A stretch of DNA of 55,675 nt from positions 1 through 55,675 of the forward strand of contig VMDK01000124.1 of the NCBI GenBank assembly GCA_008080835.1, written 5' to 3'. This document shows positions 39,805 to 48,870 of this stretch, one piece after another. Numbering within the stretch: position 1 is the first letter of the stretch; each line of letters begins with the position of its first letter. The stretch is from Sphingobacteriia bacterium. Lineage in GTDB: Bacteria > Bacteroidota > Bacteroidia > NS11-12g > UBA9320. The notes beneath the pieces were generated by a model that saw nothing but the letters and a program-made list of their open reading frames with translations, was not told where the DNA came from and did no database searches. The position numbers and the translations under genes were made by a program.

Positions 39805-41196
39805 TTAACCGGTCACTCCAACTTCCCGATCGAAATAGATGATCTCTTCCGGACGCTTGTTTCGTATTGCTGCCTGAATGATATGCTGTATGTCGGAGTT
39901 GTGCTTTTGTGTGATCAGGCGGTCTCGAAATCCTTCCTGATCATTCACTGCAGAATTGGTGTCGAGAAAACCGTAGCCCTGGTACTGACCACCTTCGATC
40001 AAGAGAAATGATCGTTCGTCACGATGTCGGCCCTTGTCGAGTATCACATATGAGCCCGTCTCCAGAACAAAACTCGCCAGAGCATCCTCGACCCTTTGAT
40101 TGTAAGACTCAATATCTTCTTTGCCCCGACAAATACCTTTACAGATCCCGAGTTGGTAATCGAAACACTCCTTGCTGCTGGTCTGGAGCCCGCAATATTT
40201 AGAACACAGTTTGTACTGATTCACCAATTGACTCAGGAAAGTCCTTGCTTTGACCACATTGCTGAAAGCAGCGATGGCTCCCTGCATGTATTTCTTCTTC
40301 TTGGCGATCTCTAAGTGCAGTACTCCTTCCTGATCCTGGAATTTGCACAACACATAGGCATTGCTTGTGTATTTCTGAGCCCGGTTGTATTCCGGGAAAT
40401 GATTCTTGATCTCAGCGCTCTCAAGCACCAAAGCCAGCAACTCTGAACCGGTCACGGTATAACTGATATCAAAGATCTCTTTCTTCATGCGCAGTTTGCC
40501 AGGAGTAGAATCGAGGAAATGACTGTTCACGCGCTTTCGAATGTCGATCGCTTTGCCAACATAAATGACCTTGCCATCGTTATCGTGCATGTAATACACA
40601 CCGGTGAGTTCGGGCAATGAATCATACACAGAACGTTCCAGATTCGGTGGCAAGGTTGCCTCTTTACTCCGTGCATTCAACGCGTTTGTGATGTGATCTT
40701 CGGTGTCATTGTCGAGCAACAACTGCAATAGCTTCACTGTAGCTTTTGCGTCTCCGGCTGCTCGGTGTCTATCCTCGATCGTGATGCCTAAGCTCTTACA
40801 CAATTTGCCCAAGCTATAGGAGCGCAAACCCGGGAACACCTTTCTACTTGTACGAACGGTACAGAATTTCTTTCGTCGGAATTCTGCTCCGAGATCTTTG
40901 TACTCACTTCGGATGACGTTGTAATCGAAGTTGACATTATGCGCCACAAAGACGCGGTCCTTGGTAATGGAATGCAGGTCCTTCGCGATCTCGTAAAAGC
41001 GAGGAGCATCCATGACCATCTCATTCGAAATTCCTGTGAGACCTGTGATGAATGAAGGGATATGCGTCTCGGGATTCACGAGCGAAACGAACTCGTCGAC
41101 GATCTCTCGTTTCTCCGAGTCATAGACGAACACCGCCACTTCTGTGATCTTGTTCGATGCTCCGGTGGTCTCTATGTCAACTACGGCGTATTCCAA
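39805..41196 (-). CDS. DEDDh (DnaQ-like) exonuclease fused to a GIY-YIG/UvrC-like nuclease domain
   Basis: VVDIETTG, VAHNVNFD, HRAAGDA; then GVYYM.D..GKVIYVGKA.DIRKRV.SHF and a Cys cluster LC.KYCGL...C......C.GIC. Confidence 0.9.
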   Translation of the reverse strand: MEYAVVDIETTGASNKITEVAVFVYDSEKREIVDEFVSLVNPETHIPSFITGLTGISNEMVMDAPRFYEIAKDLHSITKDRVFVAHNVNFDYNVIRSEYKDLGAEFRRKKFCTVRTSRKVFPGLRSYSLGKLCKSLGITIEDRHRAAGDAKATVKLLQLLLDNDTEDHITNALNARSKEATLPPNLERSVYDSLPELTGVYYMHDNDGKVIYVGKAIDIRKRVNSHFLDSTPGKLRMKKEIFDISYTVTGSELLALVLESAEIKNHFPEYNRAQKYTSNAYVLCKFQDQEGVLHLEIAKKKKYMQGAIAAFSNVVKARTFLSQLVNQYKLCSKYCGLQTSSKECFDYQLGICKGICRGKEDIESYNQRVEDALASFVLETGSYVILDKGRHRDERSFLLIEGGQYQGYGFLDTNSAVNDQEGFRDRLITQKHNSDIQHIIQAAIRNKRPEEIIYFDREVGVTG

Positions 41197-41250
41197 CTTG
41201 CGTGCAAGTTAAATCGGGGTTGGAAAATGAGAAAAGATAGTTGCCCACAC

Positions 41251-41286
41251 AAATTGGGGATCGGGTGTCGGGTGACGGGTGTCGGG
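41251..41286 (+). repeat. Heptamer tandem repeat (GGGTGTC)n, copy 2; canonical G-quadruplex pattern
   Basis: AAATT-GGGG-ATC-GGG-TGTC-GGG-TGAC-GGG-TGTC-GGG: five G-tracts in an intergenic region. Confidence 0.75.
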
Positions 41287-41355
41287 ACAAAAGCAAATCG
41301 GTCAGGATCACTGTTCACTCACACTATTCACTCAAACTTCCCGCTAGGGAATTTA

Positions 41356-44300
41356 CTAGCGGTTGATCGCGTTGAAATACTCCCGCACCTTTTGCTTGTA
41401 GTAAGAGTTTAGGTCAGGTGGCAAGCTTCGGAGCAATTCCTGCTCTTTCTCTTTTTGTTTCAAATACTCTTCGATCGACGGCGGTAGCTCACGCTGGAAT
41501 TCTTGTCCTTCCTTGGACTTGCGTTGTTCGTCCTTCTCCTGCTCACGCTCCGCTTTTTCATGCTCTAAAAGACGGGTCAGGATCTCCTGTTGTCGTTCCA
41601 GAACTTGCTGACTCAAGCGCTTGTTATAAAGGTCCTGCTCCAGGTCATCCATTAGCTGTTCTGTCTGTCCGAGATTCCCGAGCTTTTTGCCCTTTCCTTC
41701 TTTTTCCAACTGAGCCTTGATGTCACGAAGTTTCTTCCGTATCGCAGCCTGCATTGCTGCGGCTTCTGCAAATTCTTTACTTCCGGGTTTCCCTTGTCCG
41801 CCCTGCTTCATACCCTGATTCATCTCCTCGAGTTGCTTCTTTAGCGATTCCTGCATTTGCCGTAGTGACTTCATCTTCTGTCCGGAACCGGACTTCTGAT
41901 TGGATCCCGGATTCTTGCAACTTCCTGCTCCTTGTTTGTTGGATTGCATCTGCTGTTGCATTTGCTCCAGACTTTCGCTGAGCATCAAGGCGAGATTGTT
42001 CAAGCTGGTCATTACATACTGCTGGTTCATGACCACCTTATTTGTGCGTCTTTCTCCCAATTCAGCCATGGTCTTGTCCATGTGCTCATTGACCTTACCG
42101 ATCTCCTTATTGATGAAATGTTCGATCTGCTTGACACGCTTGCTCAAGCTGAACAAACTGTCCTCGATCATTCTCGTATCGTCCTTGATCTTCTTTTGGA
42201 TCTGCCCCATTTCCACATAGCGCGGATTGTAATTCCGCGTGGTCTTGAACTCTTCCATCAGATCCTCCTGATCCTTGGAAACCTGGACCAGATTCTCGAG
42301 AATTTCCCGAAGGGTATTGTAGTCCTCACCTTCTTGTTGTTGCATGGCCTGCTCCATTTGCTCCTGCAGGTCCTGCGACATCTCCTTCATCCCGTCCGCG
42401 GCATCCTCTTGCTTCTGAGATGCATCGTCGCGTTTATTCTTGCCCAGATCTTTTTGGCTCTCCTTTAGGTCTTTCTGGACCTCTTCGTGCTTATCCTTTG
42501 GTTTTTCAGTGTCGAGTGGAAGCGGTCGTTCCAGATCCTTGTTCTTCTTCTCAATATCGTCGATGTCCTTTTTGACCTTGTCGAATTCCTTGTTCAGCTC
42601 TTCCTGTTTCTTATCGAGCTCTTCTTTTGCATTCTCTTTGTTCTTGGTCTCTTCACTGAGCTCCTTTTGCTTCTTGGCCAGCTTGTCAAGCTTCTCTACG
42701 GTCTCATTCACCTTTTTCTCCAACTGCAATTGCTTGAGTTGCTCGAGCATCCGATCCATTTGCTTGCTGATCTCCTTATCGGAGAAATCGAGCTCGTCCA
42801 GTTTCTCCATGAGCTCGTCTTTCTTGTTTTGCTGCATGAGCTCCTCGATCTGCTCCATCAGCTCTTTCATCTCCTCGTCCATCACCTTTTCGAACAGATC
42901 CTGCAGTTCTTCCTGCTTTTGTGCGATCTCTTCGTCGAGTTGCTTGAATTCGGATTCGCGTGTGTTATTGAGTTTGTTCTGGTCGAGGATATTCTGCATG
43001 TCCTGTTGCAGTTTTTTATGGTCCTCCAGTAGTTCCTTGACCTTCTTTTTCTCCTCCCAGGTCAGCTGCTTTTTCTCAGTCATCTTGCGCTCGAGATCTT
43101 CGAGCTCGCGATTCATCGCGTTGATACTTTTTTTGCTGTCCTTGATATCGGATTTGATCTCTTCGTTGGTCTTTTCAGTCAACGCATTCAAGTCATCCAA
43201 CGATGGTGCTTCGAAGATCTGCGACTTGGATCTGGCGCTCTTTGCGCCATTTACCCGATCGTTGTCCCACACCTCGAAATAGTACTCGATCTTGTCGCTG
43301 GCTTGTATGTTCAAGTCAGATAGGTTCCAGTAGTGGTAATAGCTCTGCACATTCGATCCTCGATTGATATGCATCACTTCGCTCTTCTCTCCTGCCTGCA
43401 CTTTTGCCTCATCATCACTTTTGAGGAATCGATATTTGAACAAGAGCTTGCTGAATCCATAGTCGTCACGGATCTCTCCCAAGAGGTATTTGATCTTAGT
43501 TCGACTGGAATCGGCCTTTTCCTCCATCGTGATCTGGGGGAAATTATCCGGGATCACCTGTACATTGAATTCCAATGAATCTCCTTTGGGAATGTTGTCA
43601 TTCCCGGTGCGAACCCGAACTCGCTTGTTATCGAGGAACTGAAGATCCAGTGAATACATATCCTCCTTTCGAGGTACTTTTTTGATCTCCGAATCGGCGA
43701 TCACATCCATGTACTGTGCGTTGCGCGCATTGAACTCCCAACGGATCTTTGTTCCGGCCGGAACTTGCAGGTCTACAGCGTTGTCGAGCTTCTCATCGGT
43801 GAGTGCCGTATAATCCGGATAGTCAAGAAACGCCTTGAAATCCAATAATGCCGGACGGGCAAGCACATCAAGTGTAAACCATTCGCTCAAAAAGCCCTCC
43901 GCCTCGAAACGCAGGTTCACATCATCAGAAAGACGCTTGATCGTATGGACGAATTCACCGGGTGACCTGCTCTTCATCTTGAAAGGATAACCTTCCAGCT
44001 CTACGTATACTTCCGATGGTATCACCTCGCCTTCTGTTCGAAGGGTCAACGTGTAATCTTCATTCTGCACTGCCTTCAGATCCGACTCGTCTAAAACGAA
44101 TCGGAAAGGAGCTTGTGGAATGAACTCTTCGTTGTATTGTACAATGCGGCGGGTGGAATCGGAGAATCCCGGCGCCACCAGGATAACCAGAAACAGAACT
44201 GCCAGTGGTATGAGGGCATATTTGAGGTATCTGACATTTGAACGCAGATCTACCGCTTGTTGAAATGGGATTGGGCGCAACTGCTCCGTTTTCTGTCGGA

Positions 44301-44691
44301 TGGCTGCGCGCAGGAGTTCGTTGTGCTGAGCAGCTTCACTTTCTTCAAGCTGCAATGTGTTCAGAAGCTTGTCTTTGATCTCAGGGAAGTGTTTCCCGAT
44401 GATCACCGCTGCCTGTTTATGATCGATGCGATTCCCCAGTCGGTACAGTTGCAATACAGGAACCACCACATACTTGAAAAGGATGGCCAGACTGAAGATC
44501 AGGAATGCAAAGAACAACCCCGTCCTGACGGTAGTGTTAAATCGACCAATGTATTCCAGGAAAGAAGTCAGAAAGAACAAACTCACCGCTCCTGCAGTGA
44601 ACCATATAAGTCCACGTAGCAATTTGTTCTTGTAATACTTTCGGGTGAAAGCATCCAACTTCTGCAATATGATCTCTTTTCCCGTTGTCAA
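41356..44691 (-). CDS. Large membrane-anchored coiled-coil protein (DUF4175-like)
   Basis: Three N-terminal TMs, FPEI.DKLLN.LQL, Ig-like region with DDYGFSKL and YYFEVWDND, long Q/E/K coiled coil ending YYKQKVREYF. Start reset to TTG at 44691. Confidence 0.8.
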   Translation of the reverse strand: MTTGKEIILQKLDAFTRKYYKNKLLRGLIWFTAGAVSLFFLTSFLEYIGRFNTTVRTGLFFAFLIFSLAILFKYVVVPVLQLYRLGNRIDHKQAAVIIGKHFPEIKDKLLNTLQLEESEAAQHNELLRAAIRQKTEQLRPIPFQQAVDLRSNVRYLKYALIPLAVLFLVILVAPGFSDSTRRIVQYNEEFIPQAPFRFVLDESDLKAVQNEDYTLTLRTEGEVIPSEVYVELEGYPFKMKSRSPGEFVHTIKRLSDDVNLRFEAEGFLSEWFTLDVLARPALLDFKAFLDYPDYTALTDEKLDNAVDLQVPAGTKIRWEFNARNAQYMDVIADSEIKKVPRKEDMYSLDLQFLDNKRVRVRTGNDNIPKGDSLEFNVQVIPDNFPQITMEEKADSSRTKIKYLLGEIRDDYGFSKLLFKYRFLKSDDEAKVQAGEKSEVMHINRGSNVQSYYHYWNLSDLNIQASDKIEYYFEVWDNDRVNGAKSARSKSQIFEAPSLDDLNALTEKTNEEIKSDIKDSKKSINAMNRELEDLERKMTEKKQLTWEEKKKVKELLEDHKKLQQDMQNILDQNKLNNTRESEFKQLDEEIAQKQEELQDLFEKVMDEEMKELMEQIEELMQQNKKDELMEKLDELDFSDKEISKQMDRMLEQLKQLQLEKKVNETVEKLDKLAKKQKELSEETKNKENAKEELDKKQEELNKEFDKVKKDIDDIEKKNKDLERPLPLDTEKPKDKHEEVQKDLKESQKDLGKNKRDDASQKQEDAADGMKEMSQDLQEQMEQAMQQQEGEDYNTLREILENLVQVSKDQEDLMEEFKTTRNYNPRYVEMGQIQKKIKDDTRMIEDSLFSLSKRVKQIEHFINKEIGKVNEHMDKTMAELGERRTNKVVMNQQYVMTSLNNLALMLSESLEQMQQQMQSNKQGAGSCKNPGSNQKSGSGQKMKSLRQMQESLKKQLEEMNQGMKQGGQGKPGSKEFAEAAAMQAAIRKKLRDIKAQLEKEGKGKKLGNLGQTEQLMDDLEQDLYNKRLSQQVLERQQEILTRLLEHEKAEREQEKDEQRKSKEGQEFQRELPPSIEEYLKQKEKEQELLRSLPPDLNSYYKQKVREYFNAINR

Positions 44692-44730
44692 TGTTCTTTC
44701 TACTGTTGTTCTAACGCGGCATGACCGCAA

Positions 44731-45327
44731 TTATTTCGCGGCCTGAACTGCTTGAAGCGCTTCTTTGTATGTCACCAATTCGCCGTTGATCCTACCAACG
44801 ATGAACGCTTGTTCAAAGCCGATGTTCTTGAGATCACTCTCGAAGAGCAAAGCTTTTTTAAACGAACGAAATCTTCCAAGAAGAAGTTTGGTATTTCCGT
44901 CATACTTCTCCTGCCGCAGATTTGCCAGGTTCGCCAGGTACCGATCAAGATCGAAATCATTGAACGACCCCAATTGAACTTCAAAAAACACGCCATTTAG
45001 GTCTTCGGAGTTCTCACTCAGTATCTCATTGTCCCGACGCAATTCCGAATTCGAAATTATCAGACTATCCAGTTTCATCTGCAAGTTTTCGGTGCGCTGC
45101 GTCAAACTATCGATGACCTGCAGTCCAGTGGCTGACGAATCATTCACAGTGTCGGTGCGACTGCCAATTAATCCCCAAACCACGGCAACAAGTAAAAGCA
45201 ATCCTAAGGAGACACTTCCGATCTGCCAATTTCTCGTGCGTTTACGGTACTGATCAAGTTCCTTTTTGACGTACTCCGACTGGCGTTCGGCTTCTATGTC
45301 CCCTTCAAGTTTGAATTTGCTGGTCAT
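44731..45327 (-). CDS. Single-TM coiled-coil protein with a C-terminal SPOR-like domain
   Basis: TM, coiled coil, then F.VQLGSF...LGRF.SF..A......L...GF.QAFIV. Confidence 0.7.
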   Translation of the reverse strand: MTSKFKLEGDIEAERQSEYVKKELDQYRKRTRNWQIGSVSLGLLLLVAVVWGLIGSRTDTVNDSSATGLQVIDSLTQRTENLQMKLDSLIISNSELRRDNEILSENSEDLNGVFFEVQLGSFNDFDLDRYLANLANLRQEKYDGNTKLLLGRFRSFKKALLFESDLKNIGFEQAFIVGRINGELVTYKEALQAVQAAK

Positions 45328-45508
45328 GCGGTCTCAACCGACTCAGTGATCACTCGGAAATTCCTGTGCTCACTGATGTCAGGAGCAATATTAGTGCTAA
45401 TTTCGTGTTACTCAATTACATGTGGAGACAACGTGGATGGAAGTGACAAATACTCCATCTTTTGTTGATCAGTATGTACATCGTTCAAACAGACAAATCA
45501 TCTGACAT

Positions 45509-46912
45509 TTGGCAAGAAATCGTCATTACGGCCGTCTGATCGAGGATCTTGAGATCATCAGTGCCGGCGCGGAAGGAAAGAGTATAGGACGCTGGAACGA
45601 CAAGGTCGTTTTCGTGAATTACGGGGCACCCGGAGATGTTGCTGATGTCAAGGTCATCGCTAGAAAACGCAAATACCTCATCGGTGAGATCGTCAACTTG
45701 AAAAAGCGTTCGAAGCTTCGAACTGAACCAAAGTGTGCGCATTTTGGGCTTTGCGGAGGATGCAAATGGCAACATCTGACATACGAAGCTCAACTCAAAC
45801 TGAAGGCTCAGCAAGTCACAGATTCATTCCAGCGTATTGGCAAATTGGACTTCCCGGAACCCGGAGCCATTCTCGGGTCGGAGGAGACCTTTCAATACAG
45901 GAACAAGATGGAGTATACCTTCAGTGCCAGCCGATGGATACTTCAGGAAGAAGCGGATAAAGGCGATGCCATCGATAAAGACGCAGTCGGATTTCACATT
46001 CCGGGTCGCTACGATAAAGTCTTGCACATCGATACGTGCCACCTACAAAGTGAACCCACCAACGCCGTTCGCAAATGGTTTTACGACGCTGCCAAAGAGC
46101 GAAATCTGTCCTTTTACAATATTCGTGAACATCAGGGTTTGCTGAGAAATCTGATCCTGCGGAACACCATCGACGGACAATGGATGATCATCGTGATCTT
46201 CGGAGAGGAAGATCAGGGAAGGGCTGAACTTCTGGATGCTTTTTGCGAAGATTTTCCCGAGATCGGAAATGTCCTGTATGTCATTAATACCAAGCAGAAC
46301 GATACCATTTACGATCTGGATGTAGAGGTACACAAAGGTCAGGATCACATCATTGAGACCATTGGTGATCGCTCGTTCAAGATCCGCGCAAAATCATTCT
46401 TTCAGACCAACCCACGTCAAGCCAAAACATTGTACGATGTGACCAAAGAATTTGCCAACGTCCAAAAAGGTGAAGTACTGTACGATTTGTACTGCGGAAC
46501 CGGCACGATAGGATTGTATCTATCCGAAAACGCCGGTAAGATCGTTGGAGTGGAAAGTGTCGAACAAGCCATTCAGGATGCCTACGAAAATGCACGAATG
46601 AATGGAGTGGAGAACACCGCTTTTGAAGTTGGTGACATGCGCAAGGTGTTCGATTCCGGTTTTATCGAAAAGCATGGAGCACCTCATGTGATCGTGACCG
46701 ATCCACCGAGAAGCGGAATGCACAAGGATGTGGTGGACCAGATCAATAAGTCCGGAGCTGATCGGGTTGTGTATGTGAGTTGCAACGTGGCCACTCAGGC
46801 CCGTGATCTGGATCTGATGCGAGATCATTATCGCATTGTAAAAGTGCAACCTGTCGACATGTTCCCACATACGCATCACGTGGAAAATGTGGTACTCTTG
46901 CAAAAGATCTAA
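45509..46912 (+). CDS. rlmD: 23S rRNA (uracil-C5)-methyltransferase RlmD
   Basis: TRAM domain, C.HFGLCGGC, YRNKMEY, SFFQTN, DLYCGTGTIG, DPPRSG, YVSCN, DMFPHT.HVE. Confidence 0.95.
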   Translation: MARNRHYGRLIEDLEIISAGAEGKSIGRWNDKVVFVNYGAPGDVADVKVIARKRKYLIGEIVNLKKRSKLRTEPKCAHFGLCGGCKWQHLTYEAQLKLKAQQVTDSFQRIGKLDFPEPGAILGSEETFQYRNKMEYTFSASRWILQEEADKGDAIDKDAVGFHIPGRYDKVLHIDTCHLQSEPTNAVRKWFYDAAKERNLSFYNIREHQGLLRNLILRNTIDGQWMIIVIFGEEDQGRAELLDAFCEDFPEIGNVLYVINTKQNDTIYDLDVEVHKGQDHIIETIGDRSFKIRAKSFFQTNPRQAKTLYDVTKEFANVQKGEVLYDLYCGTGTIGLYLSENAGKIVGVESVEQAIQDAYENARMNGVENTAFEVGDMRKVFDSGFIEKHGAPHVIVTDPPRSGMHKDVVDQINKSGADRVVYVSCNVATQARDLDLMRDHYRIVKVQPVDMFPHTHHVENVVLLQKI

Positions 46913-46922
46913 AACGAATCTC

Positions 46923-47315
46923 ATGGCTATTTCACAAGAAGATCTACTCAAAGCACTCAAAGCAGACCTCATCGTCTACAAGGAACTGATCCGAGAGACA
47001 TCGGCGGAAATGATCTCGAATGGATATACGTCTTATCCGATCTTCGTAGCCCATGTTGTTCCCCTGGGATTGGGAGAGACCATTGTTGATCGGGAAGAGA
47101 TCGGAACAACATTCAGTATCCGTGCATCGACGCTGGAGGAATTCGTAGAGAAAGGGCTCATCAAAGCCGATCGGACCGATCTGTTCAAACAATCGTTCCG
47201 TGATCCGGCGAAATTCATGAGCGTCTTTCTCATTTCGGAGCGCGGTGGGAATGTGGTGTTCCTTCCGTTTGACAGTGAATCAGAGTCGGACGAACCGAAA
47301 GCCTCACAGAATTGA
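46923..47315 (+). CDS. Hypothetical protein (130 aa)
   Basis: Co-oriented ORF filling the gap between rlmD and the GT2 gene, with normal composition; no motif recognised. Confidence 0.7.
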   Translation: MAISQEDLLKALKADLIVYKELIRETSAEMISNGYTSYPIFVAHVVPLGLGETIVDREEIGTTFSIRASTLEEFVEKGLIKADRTDLFKQSFRDPAKFMSVFLISERGGNVVFLPFDSESESDEPKASQN

Positions 47316-47333
47316 TATAGCATTGTAGGTAGA

Positions 47334-48380
47334 ATGAATTCCGACAATTCCACACCGAAAGTCTCCGTAGTTATTCTCAACTACAACACCTCCGGTCTGC
47401 TGGAATTGCTGATCCCTTTTGTTCAAGCGTCTACTTACCAAAACTTCGAGATCGTTGTCATCGACAATGCTTCTTCAGACGACAGTGTGCAAATGCTCGC
47501 TGAAAAATTCGTGGATGTTAAAGTGATCGTTCACGAGGAGAATCTTGGATTTGCAGAAGGTTATAACCGCGGACTTGCTCAATTGGAAACACCGTATTGG
47601 ATCCTGCTCAACAGTGATGTAGAAGTCGATAAGGACTGGATCCAACCGTTGGTTGAAGTGATGGAATCCGACGAGAAGATCGCAGCCACAGGTCCGAAGA
47701 TCCTGGACTATTACAAGCGCGACCACTTCGAATATGCCGGTGCAGCCGGAGGCTATATGGACAAGTGGGCTTATCCTTTTTGTCGAGGTCGCCTTTTTCA
47801 CACCTTGGAAAAGGATGAAGATCAATACGAAGATCGCAGGGAAGTATTTTGGGTGAGTGGGGCAGCATTCATGGTGCGTGCATCGGCTTACCGGGAACTC
47901 GGCGGGCTTGACGCAGTTCTGTTTGCACATATGGAGGAGATCGATCTGTGCTGGAGAATGAAAAATCAAGGCTACCAGGTTTGGATCTGTCCGCAATCAA
48001 AGGTTTATCACATGGGTGGTGGAACTTTGTCGAAGCAAAGCAAGCACAAGTCATTCCTGAACTTCCGCAACAACCTCGCGATCGTAGTGAAGAATGCGCC
48101 GAGGCATAAGTTGTTGAGACATATCTTCATTCGCCTCTGTTTGGATAGCATTGCCGCGGTTCGCTATCTGTTCTCCCCACAATGGAAACATTTCTTTGCC
48201 ATTGTTCATGCGCACTGGGACCTGATCTTCTTTTTTCGAAGGTGGTGGCAAAAACGTCAGGATCTGACGGGACCTTTCGAATTCAGGATACACAAAGGTT
48301 ATTACGGTAAAAGTGTTGTAGAGGAATATTTCCTGAAGGGAAAAAAAACGTTCAACGATCTTCCTGATTCAGATCGATGA
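47334..48380 (+). CDS. Glycosyltransferase family 2
   Basis: VSVVILNYN, IDNASSD.S, NLGFAEGYN, LLNSDVEV, W.SGAAF, FAHMEEIDLCWR, VYH.GGGTL. Confidence 0.92.
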   Translation: MNSDNSTPKVSVVILNYNTSGLLELLIPFVQASTYQNFEIVVIDNASSDDSVQMLAEKFVDVKVIVHEENLGFAEGYNRGLAQLETPYWILLNSDVEVDKDWIQPLVEVMESDEKIAATGPKILDYYKRDHFEYAGAAGGYMDKWAYPFCRGRLFHTLEKDEDQYEDRREVFWVSGAAFMVRASAYRELGGLDAVLFAHMEEIDLCWRMKNQGYQVWICPQSKVYHMGGGTLSKQSKHKSFLNFRNNLAIVVKNAPRHKLLRHIFIRLCLDSIAAVRYLFSPQWKHFFAIVHAHWDLIFFFRRWWQKRQDLTGPFEFRIHKGYYGKSVVEEYFLKGKKTFNDLPDSDR

Positions 48381-48786
48381 GAAAACGCAAGGCTAATTCA
48401 TAGCCTTTGATCCCTAAGCCAAACAAATAGCCTGTACAGTACTTAGCAAGGAGGTCGGTATGTCGCTCTTCCTCACGTCGGTATATGTTTGAAATATGTA
48501 CTCCGACAACCGGGATCTCAACCGCTGCGACCGCATCGGCGATGGCAATGGAGGTGTGGCTATATGCCGCAGCATTTAGAATGATTCCGTCGCATTTTTT
48601 GCGAAGGTCCTGTATGATATTCACAAGCTCACCCTCGACATTGCTCTGGAAATAACTGATCTCCACATCAGCAAAAGATGATTTGAGTTCATCGAGTACA
48701 TCGCTGAATGTGCGACTTCCGTAGATATCGGGTTCTCGCTCTCCAAGCAGATTCAAGTTAGGTCCGTTAACGATCGCAAAGTGCAT
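48352..48786 (-). CDS. aroQ: Type II 3-dehydroquinate dehydratase
   Basis: NGPNLNLLGEREPDIYG, QSNVEGEL, NAAAYSHTSIAIADA, VHISNIY.REE.RH. Start reset to ATG at 48786. Confidence 0.95.
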   Translation of the reverse strand: MHFAIVNGPNLNLLGEREPDIYGSRTFSDVLDELKSSFADVEISYFQSNVEGELVNIIQDLRKKCDGIILNAAAYSHTSIAIADAVAAVEIPVVGVHISNIYRREEERHTDLLAKYCTGYLFGLGIKGYELALRFLIDLNQEDR

Positions 48787-48870
48787 CGCACAAATATCAT
48801 ATACTCTGAGCAACTTGTGATTCTTGCATCGGAAAGTAAATGAGTAAATTTGCGTGCTCAATCCGATTCG

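Noticed and set aside
41900-43282. Long Ser/Phe/Leu-rich plus-strand ORFs
   Set aside because: Antisense shadows of the E/K/Q coiled coil of the DUF4175-like gene.
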